From Minisyncoccota bacterium (GTDB taxonomy: Bacteria; Patescibacteriota; Minisyncoccia; SW-4-49-11), in assembly GCA_023264145.1 (NCBI GenBank), contig JALQTA010000002.1, positions 1 to 38,024 on the forward strand: DNA of 38,024 bases. Direction: 5' to 3'. Position numbers and translations under genes: made by a program. The notes under the pieces are model-generated. The model worked only from the letters and a program-made list of their open reading frames with translations, had not been told where the DNA came from and did no database searches. This document shows, one piece after another, positions 16,736 to 24,439 of the stretch. Position 1 is the stretch's first letter. The number at the start of each line of letters is the position of its first letter.

Positions 16736-18070
16736 TTATGTAATAATTGTTTTATGCATATAAGATTGCAATATCTCAGGAACACGAATACTTCCATCTG
16801 CTTGTTGATTATTCTCCATAATCGCAATCAGAATTCTCCCGATCGCAAATACCGTAGCATCATTCATATGCACAAAATGATTCTGTCCTTCTTTATCCTT
16901 ATATTTTGTTTGTAAACGACGAGATTGGAATTCTCCCATATAATCTGACGTATGAGTTTCTCTATATTGATTTTGTCCCGGTAACCAGGTTTCAATATCA
17001 TAGGCTCGAATATCAGGCGTCCCCATATCACCAGTACATTTCAATACCACTTGATAGGGCAATTGTAACTGTTGCATTAAATACTCTTGTATCGCTACAA
17101 TCAATTCTTGTTCTGCAAAACCGGTATCCTTATCACTAAACACCTCAATTTCAATTTTATCAAATTGATGTAATCGTAAAATTCCTTTCATATCTTTTCC
17201 ATAAGTTCCCGCTTCTCGACGAAAGGCAGTAGAATACCCTACATATCGAAGAGGCAAATTACGATAATCAAGAGTTTCATCCATATGAAGAGGTCCCAAG
17301 GTATGCTCTGCACTTCCCACCAACATCAGCCCATCTATCGTTGTCTGATATCTATCATCAATAGGATCAAGTCTTCCCATACGCTTCATTACCTCCGGTT
17401 TCATCATTACGGGAGGTAAAACAGGAGTATAATTTTTAGTATCAAGATTTAACCCTGCAGTATCAATAATCTGAGCAATAATATCTTGATTTTGCAATAC
17501 TGACATTACCCATTGAATTAATGCAAATTGCATCAAAACTAAATCTCCTTTTATATACGCAAATCGAGACCCAGACACTTGAGCAGATTTTTCGGTATCA
17601 ATCAGTCCAAGATTTTTCCCTAATTGCCAATGCTCTAATGGGGGGAAATCAAAAGCCGGTTTATCTCCTACCTGCCGAACAATAACATTTTCATTTTCCG
17701 TCAACCCAATCGGAGTATCTGCTGAGTAAATATTAGGCACTTGATACATCAATGATTGATACTCAGTATCTATATTCATAAACTGAGAAGAAAGTTCACC
17801 TAAAGATTTTTTCACTTCTTTCCCCTTATTAATCCAGTGCGATCTTTCCTCCATAATAGAGGATTCCGACATTTCTTTATTCTCTATTAATAATTTAATA
17901 TGATCATCTATAGTATTTTTATCAGCTCTCAACTGCTCCATTTGTTGCAATATCTGGCAACGCTCTTCATATAATGCCAATAATGCATCAATATCAATTT
18001 GAACTTTTTTATTTCGAACCACTTCAATAAGAAGGTCTCTATTGGCTTTAATAAACCCGATATCTAACAT
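16736..18070 (-). CDS. serS: seryl-tRNA synthetase
   Basis: 444 aa. N-terminal coiled-coil arm. Class II motifs RFAYIKGDL, TAFRREAGTYGKDMKGILRLHQFDKIE and GRILIAIMENNQQADGSIRVPEIL. Confidence 0.93.
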   Translation of the reverse strand: MLDIGFIKANRDLLIEVVRNKKVQIDIDALLALYEERCQILQQMEQLRADKNTIDDHIKLLIENKEMSESSIMEERSHWINKGKEVKKSLGELSSQFMNIDTEYQSLMYQVPNIYSADTPIGLTENENVIVRQVGDKPAFDFPPLEHWQLGKNLGLIDTEKSAQVSGSRFAYIKGDLVLMQFALIQWVMSVLQNQDIIAQIIDTAGLNLDTKNYTPVLPPVMMKPEVMKRMGRLDPIDDRYQTTIDGLMLVGSAEHTLGPLHMDETLDYRNLPLRYVGYSTAFRREAGTYGKDMKGILRLHQFDKIEIEVFSDKDTGFAEQELIVAIQEYLMQQLQLPYQVVLKCTGDMGTPDIRAYDIETWLPGQNQYRETHTSDYMGEFQSRRLQTKYKDKEGQNHFVHMNDATVFAIGRILIAIMENNQQADGSIRVPEILQSYMHKTIIT

Positions 18071-18093
18071 AACACATTTTATAAGTATATCTC

Positions 18094-18102
18094 ATTATAC
18101 CA
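18094..18102 (-). promoter_or_regulatory. extended -10 element TGGTATAAT upstream of serS
   Basis: Plus-strand ATTATACCA, 23 nt upstream of the ATG at 18070. Confidence 0.45.
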
Positions 18103-18128
18103 CACTATAGTTCTACACTCAATATATA

Positions 18129-18137
18129 TGATATACT
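18129..18137 (+). promoter_or_regulatory. extended -10 element TGATATACT upstream of 154-aa pilin gene
   Basis: TGATATACT lies 25 nt upstream of the ATG at 18163. Confidence 0.4.
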
Positions 18138-18162
18138 TATTACACACATCAATTTTGTTTAT

Positions 18163-18627
18163 ATGAATAAAAATACAACCCTTAAAAAAGGATTTTCTTT
18201 ATTAGAAATATTATTAGTCTTAACCCTATTAGGTATTTTATTTTCAAGTTTTTTATTCGCACTCAATCCCCGCCGCATCTCTATAGAAGCCTCTGATAAT
18301 CAAAGAAAATCTGATGCTCTAACCATATATCAAGCGCTCCAACAATACGCTCTCCAAAATAATACCTATCCTCTTGATGTCCGTAACGCTATCAATAACT
18401 CAGTCACTGAAATCTGTAAAACAAGTGGAGTAGCTTGTAGTGGGAGAATTGATATATCAAGTTTAATTCCAGAATATTTAGCCACTATTCCCTCATCATC
18501 TGAGGATGCTAATGGCTCTGGTTTCTATCTTATTAAACGAAATAATCGCCCCTATATAGGAGGAGTTAATGAACTTGATGGATCTACCTTTGTAATAGAA
18601 AGTAATGATCAAACATTCACTCCCTAA
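18163..18627 (+). CDS. type IV pilin / GspG-like pseudopilin (154 aa)
   Basis: LKKG|FSLLEILLVLTLLGILF with Glu+5. DNQRKSDALTIYQALQQY..YP. Cys pair EICKTSGVAC then RIDISSLIPEYLATIP. Confidence 0.88.
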   Translation: MNKNTTLKKGFSLLEILLVLTLLGILFSSFLFALNPRRISIEASDNQRKSDALTIYQALQQYALQNNTYPLDVRNAINNSVTEICKTSGVACSGRIDISSLIPEYLATIPSSSEDANGSGFYLIKRNNRPYIGGVNELDGSTFVIESNDQTFTP

Positions 18628-18635
18628 ATACATTG

Positions 18636-18658
18636 AATTGTGCTGGTGAACGGACTTG
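18636..18658 (-). repeat. 23-bp exact copy of the tRNA-Leu 3' end (T-loop to discriminator plus 5 nt) without the rest of the tRNA; att-like fragment
   Basis: AATTGTGCTGGTGAACGGACTTG at 18636-18658 is identical to 18793-18815. The upstream context cannot form a T-stem or acceptor stem, so it is not a second tRNA. Confidence 0.85.
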
Positions 18659-18715
18659 GTCACAAGTAACTTTTCTGACGAAAAATTCTCGCTACCCCGT
18701 CTCGCGGTGTTCGCC

Positions 18716-18731
18716 TTGGACATATGTCCAA
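18716..18731. repeat. 16-nt perfect palindrome TTGGACATATGTCCAA inside the 134-bp spacer
   Basis: Read directly from the sequence; it is self-complementary. Confidence 0.9.
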
Positions 18732-18765
18732 ACTCACACATACGCTCCGACTTTCAAGTCCTACA

Positions 18766-18789
18766 GTAATAGTCCAAACGGACTATTAC
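18766..18789 (-). other. perfect 10-bp stem / 4-nt loop hairpin 8 nt downstream of tRNA-Leu
   Basis: GTAATAGTCC-AAAC-GGACTATTAC on the plus strand. No U-tract follows on the minus strand, so its role as terminator or processing signal is open. Confidence 0.7.
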
Positions 18790-18792
18790 CTC

Positions 18793-18815
18793 AATTGTGC
18801 TGGTGAACGGACTTG
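18793..18815 (-). repeat. 23-bp repeat copy forming the genuine 3' end of tRNA-Leu plus 5 nt of trailer
   Basis: Identical to 18636-18658. Confidence 0.85.
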
Positions 18816-18880
18816 AACCGTTACGGAGTTGCCTCCAAAGGATTTTGAGTCCTTCGTGTCTACCATTCCACCACACCAGC
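18798..18880 (-). tRNA. tRNA-Leu (anticodon CAA), class II with long variable arm; CCA not encoded
   Basis: The reverse strand folds by hand as follows. Acceptor stem GCTGGTG/CACCAGC. D-arm GTG-GAATGGTAGA-CAC. Anticodon arm AAGGA-CTCAAAA-TCCTT. Variable arm TGGAGGCAACTCCGTA. T-arm AACGG-TTCAAGT-CCGTT. Discriminator A. Confidence 0.9.
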
Positions 18881-18895
18881 ATTGATAACCACCTT

Positions 18896-18925
18896 ATTAT
18901 ACGCATGTCTATACACCCTTGTCAA
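18896..18925 (-). promoter_or_regulatory. consensus sigma70 promoter TTGACA-18 nt-TATAAT for tRNA-Leu
   Basis: Minus strand: TTGACA (18925-18920) and TATAAT (18901-18896). The -10 lies 15 nt before the mature tRNA 5' end. Confidence 0.6.
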
Positions 18926-18947
18926 TGATAGAGAAGTATGCTATAAT
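18919..18947 (+). promoter_or_regulatory. sigma70 promoter TTGTCA-17 nt-TATAAT for the 228-aa ORF, sharing its -35 with the divergent tRNA promoter
   Basis: TTGTCA at 18919-18924, 17-nt spacer, TATAAT at 18942-18947. The ATG is at 18985. Confidence 0.55.
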
Positions 18948-18984
18948 AAGCATGTAGTAGTAATATAAAAATAAAAGCACCGAT

Positions 18985-19671
18985 ATGTCAAATTCTGAGG
19001 ACAAATCTCAGCAGATTGCTGAGTTAGAACAAATTGTAAAAGAGGCTGAAGCTCGACTCAATCAAGCTCGTGCCATGTTAACTCAGGTAGCTGGAGCAAG
19101 TCAACCTTATACGAGTGTATTAGGTCAGGCTGAAAAAGTTGTCCTAGGAGAATTTACTGGTGAATATATGGTTGATGAAACCAAAAAACAATACCCAGTA
19201 CCTGCTAATTATGCAAGTAAATCTAAGCTGATTGAAGGAGATCAACTAAAGCTCACTATTACTGCAGATGGGGCTTTTATTTATAAGCAAATAGGTCCTG
19301 CTCCAAGAAGAAGAGCTATTGGAAACATTATTTATAAAGATAATAGCTATTTTGCAAAAGTCGGAGATGAGTTATATAGACTTCTTACCGCTTCAGTAAC
19401 ATATTTTAGATTATCTCCTGGAGATGAAGTGACTATTCTTACCCCTCTTACCAAAAAAAGTGAATGGGCAGCTATTGAAAACGTTGTGAGTGCTCAAGCT
19501 TTGGGAATTTCAAATACCAATGCACCATCCAATCTCAATGATACTCCATCTTCATCTATGGAACCAAGTAATCCTATTGATGAGGAAATTGTAGATGATA
19601 CTCCTTTACCTGAAGAGGCTAACTCTGAAGAAGAACCTAGTGATGAGCCATTAAAAATACAGCCTTGGTAA
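18985..19671 (+). CDS. hypothetical protein: N-terminal coiled coil, central beta-rich domain, acidic Ser/Glu/Pro tail
   Basis: 228-aa ORF with its own promoter. No family recognised. It ends 7 nt inside the GtrA-like gene. Confidence 0.6.
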   Translation: MSNSEDKSQQIAELEQIVKEAEARLNQARAMLTQVAGASQPYTSVLGQAEKVVLGEFTGEYMVDETKKQYPVPANYASKSKLIEGDQLKLTITADGAFIYKQIGPAPRRRAIGNIIYKDNSYFAKVGDELYRLLTASVTYFRLSPGDEVTILTPLTKKSEWAAIENVVSAQALGISNTNAPSNLNDTPSSSMEPSNPIDEEIVDDTPLPEEANSEEEPSDEPLKIQPW

Positions 19672-20099
19672 AATTTAAAGAAGTAGCCTTATTTGGCATT
19701 GTTGGAGTTTTAAATACCTCGATTGATATCGGGGTATTTGCTCTTCTTAAGTCAGTATTCGCTATTCCCAATACTTCTTCTGCAATCATATGGATTAATC
19801 TTATATCCGTAGTTGCTGCTATGATATTTAGTTATCTTGCAAATAAATATATTACCTTTAATCATAAAAAATCGATCAAATCAACGGAAATAGGAGGGTT
19901 TATTATTGTTAATGGATTAGGATTTGCGGTTAATACCCTTATATTACAATTAACCATCATGATTATTGGTAGTGAGTCTATTTCCATCCTATCACCTAAT
20001 CTCTTGTTAGATACCGCTATTCTTGGTAAAATATTAGGTACTGGAGGCTCCATGATTGTGAGCTTTATTGGCTATAAATTTTTTGTATTTCGTAAATAA
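19665..20099 (+). CDS. GtrA-family membrane protein (TTG start)
   Basis: 144 aa with four TM segments. The N-terminus FGIVGVLNTSIDIGVFALL and the C-terminal YKFFVFRK fit the GtrA-like pattern. Confidence 0.75.
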   Translation: MVKFKEVALFGIVGVLNTSIDIGVFALLKSVFAIPNTSSAIIWINLISVVAAMIFSYLANKYITFNHKKSIKSTEIGGFIIVNGLGFAVNTLILQLTIMIIGSESISILSPNLLLDTAILGKILGTGGSMIVSFIGYKFFVFRK

Positions 20100-20101
20100 G
20101 T

Positions 20102-21727
20102 ATGCCTGCCTTATATCGTACCTATAGACCTCAAAATTTCAAGCAAATTATTGGGCAAGATATTATTAAATCAACCCTACAGAATGCGATTATTCATAAT
20201 CGTACCGTTCATTCGTATCTATTTAGTGGTCCTCGTGGAACAGGGAAAACTACTATGTCTCGTATCTTTGCAAAAGCCTTAAATTGTCTCAATAGGCCTC
20301 AAGATTCTGCAGAACCGTGTAATATCTGTGCTAATTGCCTTGCCATACAAGATAACTCCTTTATTGATCTGATTGAAATTGACGCTGCCTCCAATAGAGG
20401 TATTGATGAGATTAGGAGTTTAAAAGAAGCAGTACGATTTGCTCCTTCACAAAAAAATGGATATAAAATTTATATCATTGATGAGTCTCATATGCTCACC
20501 AAAGACGCATCTAATGCCTTATTAAAAACTCTAGAAGAACCACCTAAAAACACTATCTTTATTTTAGCAACAACGGATGCTCATAAAATGATTCCTACTA
20601 TCTTATCACGGGTACAAAAATTTGACTTCAAGCCGCTTTCCAGTGCTGAATTAAAAGAAAAAATTCTCTTTATTATGGAGTCTGAGAAAATCACTATCGA
20701 TGACTCGGTAATTAACCAAATTATTCTTCAAGCAATGGGTGGTGCTCGAGATGCAGAAAGCATTCTAGGAAAATTAATGGCAGGACAATCAACTCATATC
20801 ACCCAAGAATTTGCTGCTACTATTTTAGGGAAAAATTCATACTTTGAAGCCTATCAATTACTTACAACTTTATCCCTCAATCAATTATCCGAAGCAATTC
20901 ATCATATTCATACCTTATATGACCAAGGGTATGCAATAGAGCAATTGTTATTACATTTGATTCATATCAGCCATATGATATTTTTAATGCAAATCAGCTC
21001 AACACTGATCAATACTGATACGTTATTAGAATCTGAATATGAGACCTTAACCACTTTATCTTCCTCTATTCCTCAACATACTATTATTACCTTTATACAA
21101 TCTCTTGAGGAAATTAAAAATCAGACCTATACCGCCTATCTTCCCTATCTTCCTTTAGAAATAACGATTGCCCGTATATGGGGTTCTCCGATAACACCTT
21201 CAGATCATCATAGGGTACTAGATCCTACTCCTGAGCCTCAACCTATCATAGAAAAAGAACCTATTACTCCTCCTCTAGAACAACAACCTGTTCCTCCAAA
21301 ACCAAATACCGAGACTATTGTACCAAAGCCTAAGAAAATAGATATTGATACTCCTATCGTTTCAGAAAAATCTCCTGGAGATATATATACGGTCAAAAAA
21401 CTCTATCCTACTATCAATAAGTCTCTTAGTAAAACCAATAAAAGCCTAAGTGTTATTTTTGCGAAAACCGAACCCATTGAGATTACAGATCAAACTCTGA
21501 CTATTGCTGTGGAATCAAATTTTTATCGAGATCGATTAGAAAAACAGACGAGTATTATCCTTGATAGTATTCGGGAATTCATAGATTCAATTATTGGAAT
21601 TACCTTTATATCTCAAAAAATAGTCCCCCAGCCAATTGAACTTACTCCCCTTCAAGATATATCAGATAATGATCAGCCTAAGAATATTAATGATACAATA
21701 GCTGATATTTTTAAGGATAGTATGTAA
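20102..21727 (+). CDS. dnaX: DNA polymerase III subunit gamma/tau
   Basis: YRPQNFKQIIGQD. Walker A GPRGTGKTT. Zn module CNICANC. Walker B YIIDESHMLT. SRVQKF sensor. Pro-rich linker PTPEPQPIIEKEPITPP. Confidence 0.93.
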   Translation: MPALYRTYRPQNFKQIIGQDIIKSTLQNAIIHNRTVHSYLFSGPRGTGKTTMSRIFAKALNCLNRPQDSAEPCNICANCLAIQDNSFIDLIEIDAASNRGIDEIRSLKEAVRFAPSQKNGYKIYIIDESHMLTKDASNALLKTLEEPPKNTIFILATTDAHKMIPTILSRVQKFDFKPLSSAELKEKILFIMESEKITIDDSVINQIILQAMGGARDAESILGKLMAGQSTHITQEFAATILGKNSYFEAYQLLTTLSLNQLSEAIHHIHTLYDQGYAIEQLLLHLIHISHMIFLMQISSTLINTDTLLESEYETLTTLSSSIPQHTIITFIQSLEEIKNQTYTAYLPYLPLEITIARIWGSPITPSDHHRVLDPTPEPQPIIEKEPITPPLEQQPVPPKPNTETIVPKPKKIDIDTPIVSEKSPGDIYTVKKLYPTINKSLSKTNKSLSVIFAKTEPIEITDQTLTIAVESNFYRDRLEKQTSIILDSIREFIDSIIGITFISQKIVPQPIELTPLQDISDNDQPKNINDTIADIFKDSM

Positions 21728-21730
21728 TAT

Positions 21731-23395
21731 CTATTGAGTAAGAGCTTGTAAGGTTGTAGTTGATAATTCATTTGAAAAGAAAACCACCCGAGATAATACC
21801 CCATTAAGATAATTACTATTATTCCCATTTCTTCCTAAGGCGATTTGATTAAATGTACTTCCAATATTTACTGCACTCACTCCTGTTGCAGTTACTCCAT
21901 TAAGGGCAACATTTCTCGTTGTTGAATTAAAGGAAGCTCCTATTTTACTTATATTTGCAACCACATTTGCACTTGGATTACTAACTTGAGTGCTAATACT
22001 TCCATCCCAAATACCAATTCGGGTATTCAAAAGCTCTCGGGAAATAGCTACTCCTCCTCCATTAAACCCTATAAATCGTCCATAACCATTTTGAGTACTT
22101 TCAAGCCCACCTCGTCCTTGAATAAAAAATGATCCTATTGATGTGTTAGATACCGTACTCGTAAAATTAGTCCCACTAATGGTTCCATTATCTGCATTAC
22201 GAATTACCGAACTTCCTGTTGTTGGGATATAAGATGTCGGAAATACTCCCGTTTCTAGCTGTGCTCCCCATACATGAACATAGGATGAGGCATTATCTCC
22301 AGCAAATGATGTCACATTAGATTCATTACTCAATAATATGCGAAATCTCCTATTAGTCGCAGCGGTATCCGGATATCCAGACACCCATAATCTCCACCAA
22401 CCATTCCCATAATCTTGAGCTCCCCAACTTGTTGTTACTCCTCCTCCCGATGTGTATTCCGCCGTATTAGTAAAAGTAGCGACGCCTGTAGAAAAGTTAA
22501 ATATTACTCCATGCATGGCATTTCCCGTTCCGTATACTAATAATCGTGCAGCTGATCCTAGTCCTTGTTTGACAAAAATAGAACTCGTAGTATTAGTAGC
22601 TGTAGTGAAGCCAGTAGGATTAATTTCAATCCAATGAGATGTATTTACTGTATTTGCAATCACTCCATCTGCGCTTTGATTTCCATCTGGTCCTATAATA
22701 GTATTTTGAGAAATATTAGAGGAAGCTAATGTCCATGCTAGCTGAAATTCTTCACTACGCGTTGCTAGATTCGTTCTCGACTCCTCTACTAAAAGCCCCA
22801 AACTTTCCTTTGTAATAGGATTGTGGTCAAATCGAGGTTCATTGATGGCGGCTGTCTTTATGAGCCCATCTTCTCCTATATGTGTCCCTGTACTTGCTCT
22901 CGTAAAGGTTATAAGATTATTCCCACTTGCATTATCTATTAAGCTCTTATTACTTGCAAAGTTTAAGTCTAAACTTGGTGTACCTCCTATATTCCATATA
23001 CTATCTTTTGGATGAGTCACTTCTATACTTGTTCCTGCACTATTCCTTCTTATATAATAATATCCTGTATCTGGTTCTGGTATATTGGCTATATAATCTG
23101 GACTGAGGAGACTTAAATCTACACACCCTACAGGTGGACTCGTAGTTGGACATATTACCCTTGCTCCTGTATCTATCCCCCCAGGATATTGTCCATTATT
23201 ATCTATTGCATATTGTCCTATAGACTTTATGATAGTATTTATATCGCTTTTCCTCTTTGCTGCTCGGGCTGATTCTATTTGCTTATTAGGATTTATTGCG
23301 ACCAATACGATAGCTGCTAATATCCCTATTGCAGCTATTACCAATAATATTTCTAATAGCGTGAATCCTTTTTTTCTTTTTGATTTTTGCATCAT
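21731..23395 (-). CDS. modular type IV pilin-like protein: prepilin N-terminal domain plus ~415-aa phage tail-fibre-like / lectin-like C-terminal module
   Basis: RKKG|FTLLEILLVIAAIGILAAIVLVAINP with Glu+5. YP motif. Cys pair VICPTTSPPVGC then VDLSLLSPDYIANIPEPD. From residue ~141: SLDLNFASNKSL..ITFTRASTGTHIGEDG..NEPRFDHNP..GLLVEESRTNL, then a long Cys-free S/T/N/G-rich sequence. Confidence 0.85.
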   Translation of the reverse strand: MMQKSKRKKGFTLLEILLVIAAIGILAAIVLVAINPNKQIESARAAKRKSDINTIIKSIGQYAIDNNGQYPGGIDTGARVICPTTSPPVGCVDLSLLSPDYIANIPEPDTGYYYIRRNSAGTSIEVTHPKDSIWNIGGTPSLDLNFASNKSLIDNASGNNLITFTRASTGTHIGEDGLIKTAAINEPRFDHNPITKESLGLLVEESRTNLATRSEEFQLAWTLASSNISQNTIIGPDGNQSADGVIANTVNTSHWIEINPTGFTTATNTTSSIFVKQGLGSAARLLVYGTGNAMHGVIFNFSTGVATFTNTAEYTSGGGVTTSWGAQDYGNGWWRLWVSGYPDTAATNRRFRILLSNESNVTSFAGDNASSYVHVWGAQLETGVFPTSYIPTTGSSVIRNADNGTISGTNFTSTVSNTSIGSFFIQGRGGLESTQNGYGRFIGFNGGGVAISRELLNTRIGIWDGSISTQVSNPSANVVANISKIGASFNSTTRNVALNGVTATGVSAVNIGSTFNQIALGRNGNNSNYLNGVLSRVVFFSNELSTTTLQALTQ

Positions 23396-23413
23396 GACAC
23401 AAACTAATGATAT

Positions 23414-24394
23414 CTATGACATTAACCCTACAGCTTTGCGTACTTTTTCCATCGTATTCTGTGCTATAGATTGAGCTTTCAAAGTTCCTTGATGTAATAT
23501 ATCTTGTACATATACGGGTTGAGATAGTAATTCTTGACGACGTGTACGAATAGGTTTGAAGTAAGTCAGTATTGCCTCAGCCAATATATCTTTGCTTTCT
23601 TTATAAGATATACTCCCTTCTCGATATTGTGTTTCAATCTGATTAATTTCTTGTTCGGAGGCAAATAACCGATATAATGCCAGTATATTACAGCTATCTG
23701 GGTCTTTTGGTTCATGTGGTGCTTTTGAATCAGTAATTATCTTACTAATTTTTGATCGTATCGTATCTTCTGATTCAAATATTTCGATAGTATTGTGATA
23801 AGATTTACTCATTTTTCTTCCATCAAGTCCTTTTACTATTGAGGTGTCTGATTGAATATAAGGCTTTGGTTTTATAAATAATTCTCCATATCGAGCATTA
23901 AATTTATCTGCTATTTTTTGAGCAATTTCAATATGCTGTTTCTGATCCTGTCCTACAGGAACTACCGATGATTGATACAGTAGAATATCTGCTGCCATTA
24001 ATACCGGATAATCAAATAATCCCATATTTGCTTCTTTTCCATTTGCAATAGCATCTTTATAGGCATGAGAACGTTCCAGATAGGAGACGGTCACTAAATT
24101 ATTAAATATCCAAGTAAGTTCGGTGAGTTCTCGTATATCTGATTGTAAAAATAATGAGGTTTTAGTTAAATCTAATCCCATTGCAAGATAATCTATCACA
24201 ATATCCTGAGTATAGGTATGTAATAAAACAGGGTCTTTAATACTGTTAAGAGCATGAAGATTCGCTACAAATATAAAGATATCCTCAAATTCTGTATCCT
24301 GTGACAATGAAATCAATGGTTTGACTGCACCAAAATAATTTCCTAAATGTAATTTACCCGTGGGTTGTATACCCGTAAGACATAATTTACTCAT
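23414..24394 (-). CDS. trpS: tryptophanyl-tRNA synthetase
   Basis: 326 aa. GIQPTGKLHLGNYFG (HIGH region), GQDQKQHIE, KMSKS. Confidence 0.93.
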   Translation of the reverse strand: MSKLCLTGIQPTGKLHLGNYFGAVKPLISLSQDTEFEDIFIFVANLHALNSIKDPVLLHTYTQDIVIDYLAMGLDLTKTSLFLQSDIRELTELTWIFNNLVTVSYLERSHAYKDAIANGKEANMGLFDYPVLMAADILLYQSSVVPVGQDQKQHIEIAQKIADKFNARYGELFIKPKPYIQSDTSIVKGLDGRKMSKSYHNTIEIFESEDTIRSKISKIITDSKAPHEPKDPDSCNILALYRLFASEQEINQIETQYREGSISYKESKDILAEAILTYFKPIRTRRQELLSQPVYVQDILHQGTLKAQSIAQNTMEKVRKAVGLMS

Positions 24395-24426
24395 ATATTC
24401 TCTTTCCTATCCGTTATTACCTTGTA

Positions 24427-24435
24427 TTATACCAT
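24427..24435 (-). promoter_or_regulatory. extended -10 element TGGTATAAT upstream of trpS
   Basis: Plus-strand ATTATACCA, 32 nt upstream of the ATG at 24394. Confidence 0.4.
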
Positions 24436-24439
24436 AGAA

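Noticed and set aside
18496-18741. An 81-aa minus-strand ORF spanning the pilin 3' end and the tRNA-fragment region.
   Set aside because: It overlaps the well-supported pilin gene and the att-like repeat. It has no RBS or promoter and an implausible composition, so I treat it as a chance ORF.
18659-18792. Considered whether the 134-bp spacer plus the tRNA-like 3' fragment is a second tRNA, an intron-containing tRNA, a tmRNA or an SRP RNA.
   Set aside because: There is no 5' acceptor strand (GCTGGTG) or T-stem partner (AACGG) upstream of the fragment. It is too short for a tmRNA or a group I intron. Conserved SRP (GGAA/AGCA helix 8) and tmRNA (G:U acceptor, tag ORF) features are absent. It is kept only as an unexplained structured spacer.
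20450-20458. A-run CAAAAAAAT in dnaX as a possible programmed -1 frameshift site for a gamma subunit.
   Set aside because: It lies at codon ~117 inside the ATPase domain, between Walker A and Walker B. A shift there would give a non-functional fragment. It is not comparable to the E. coli site after domain III.
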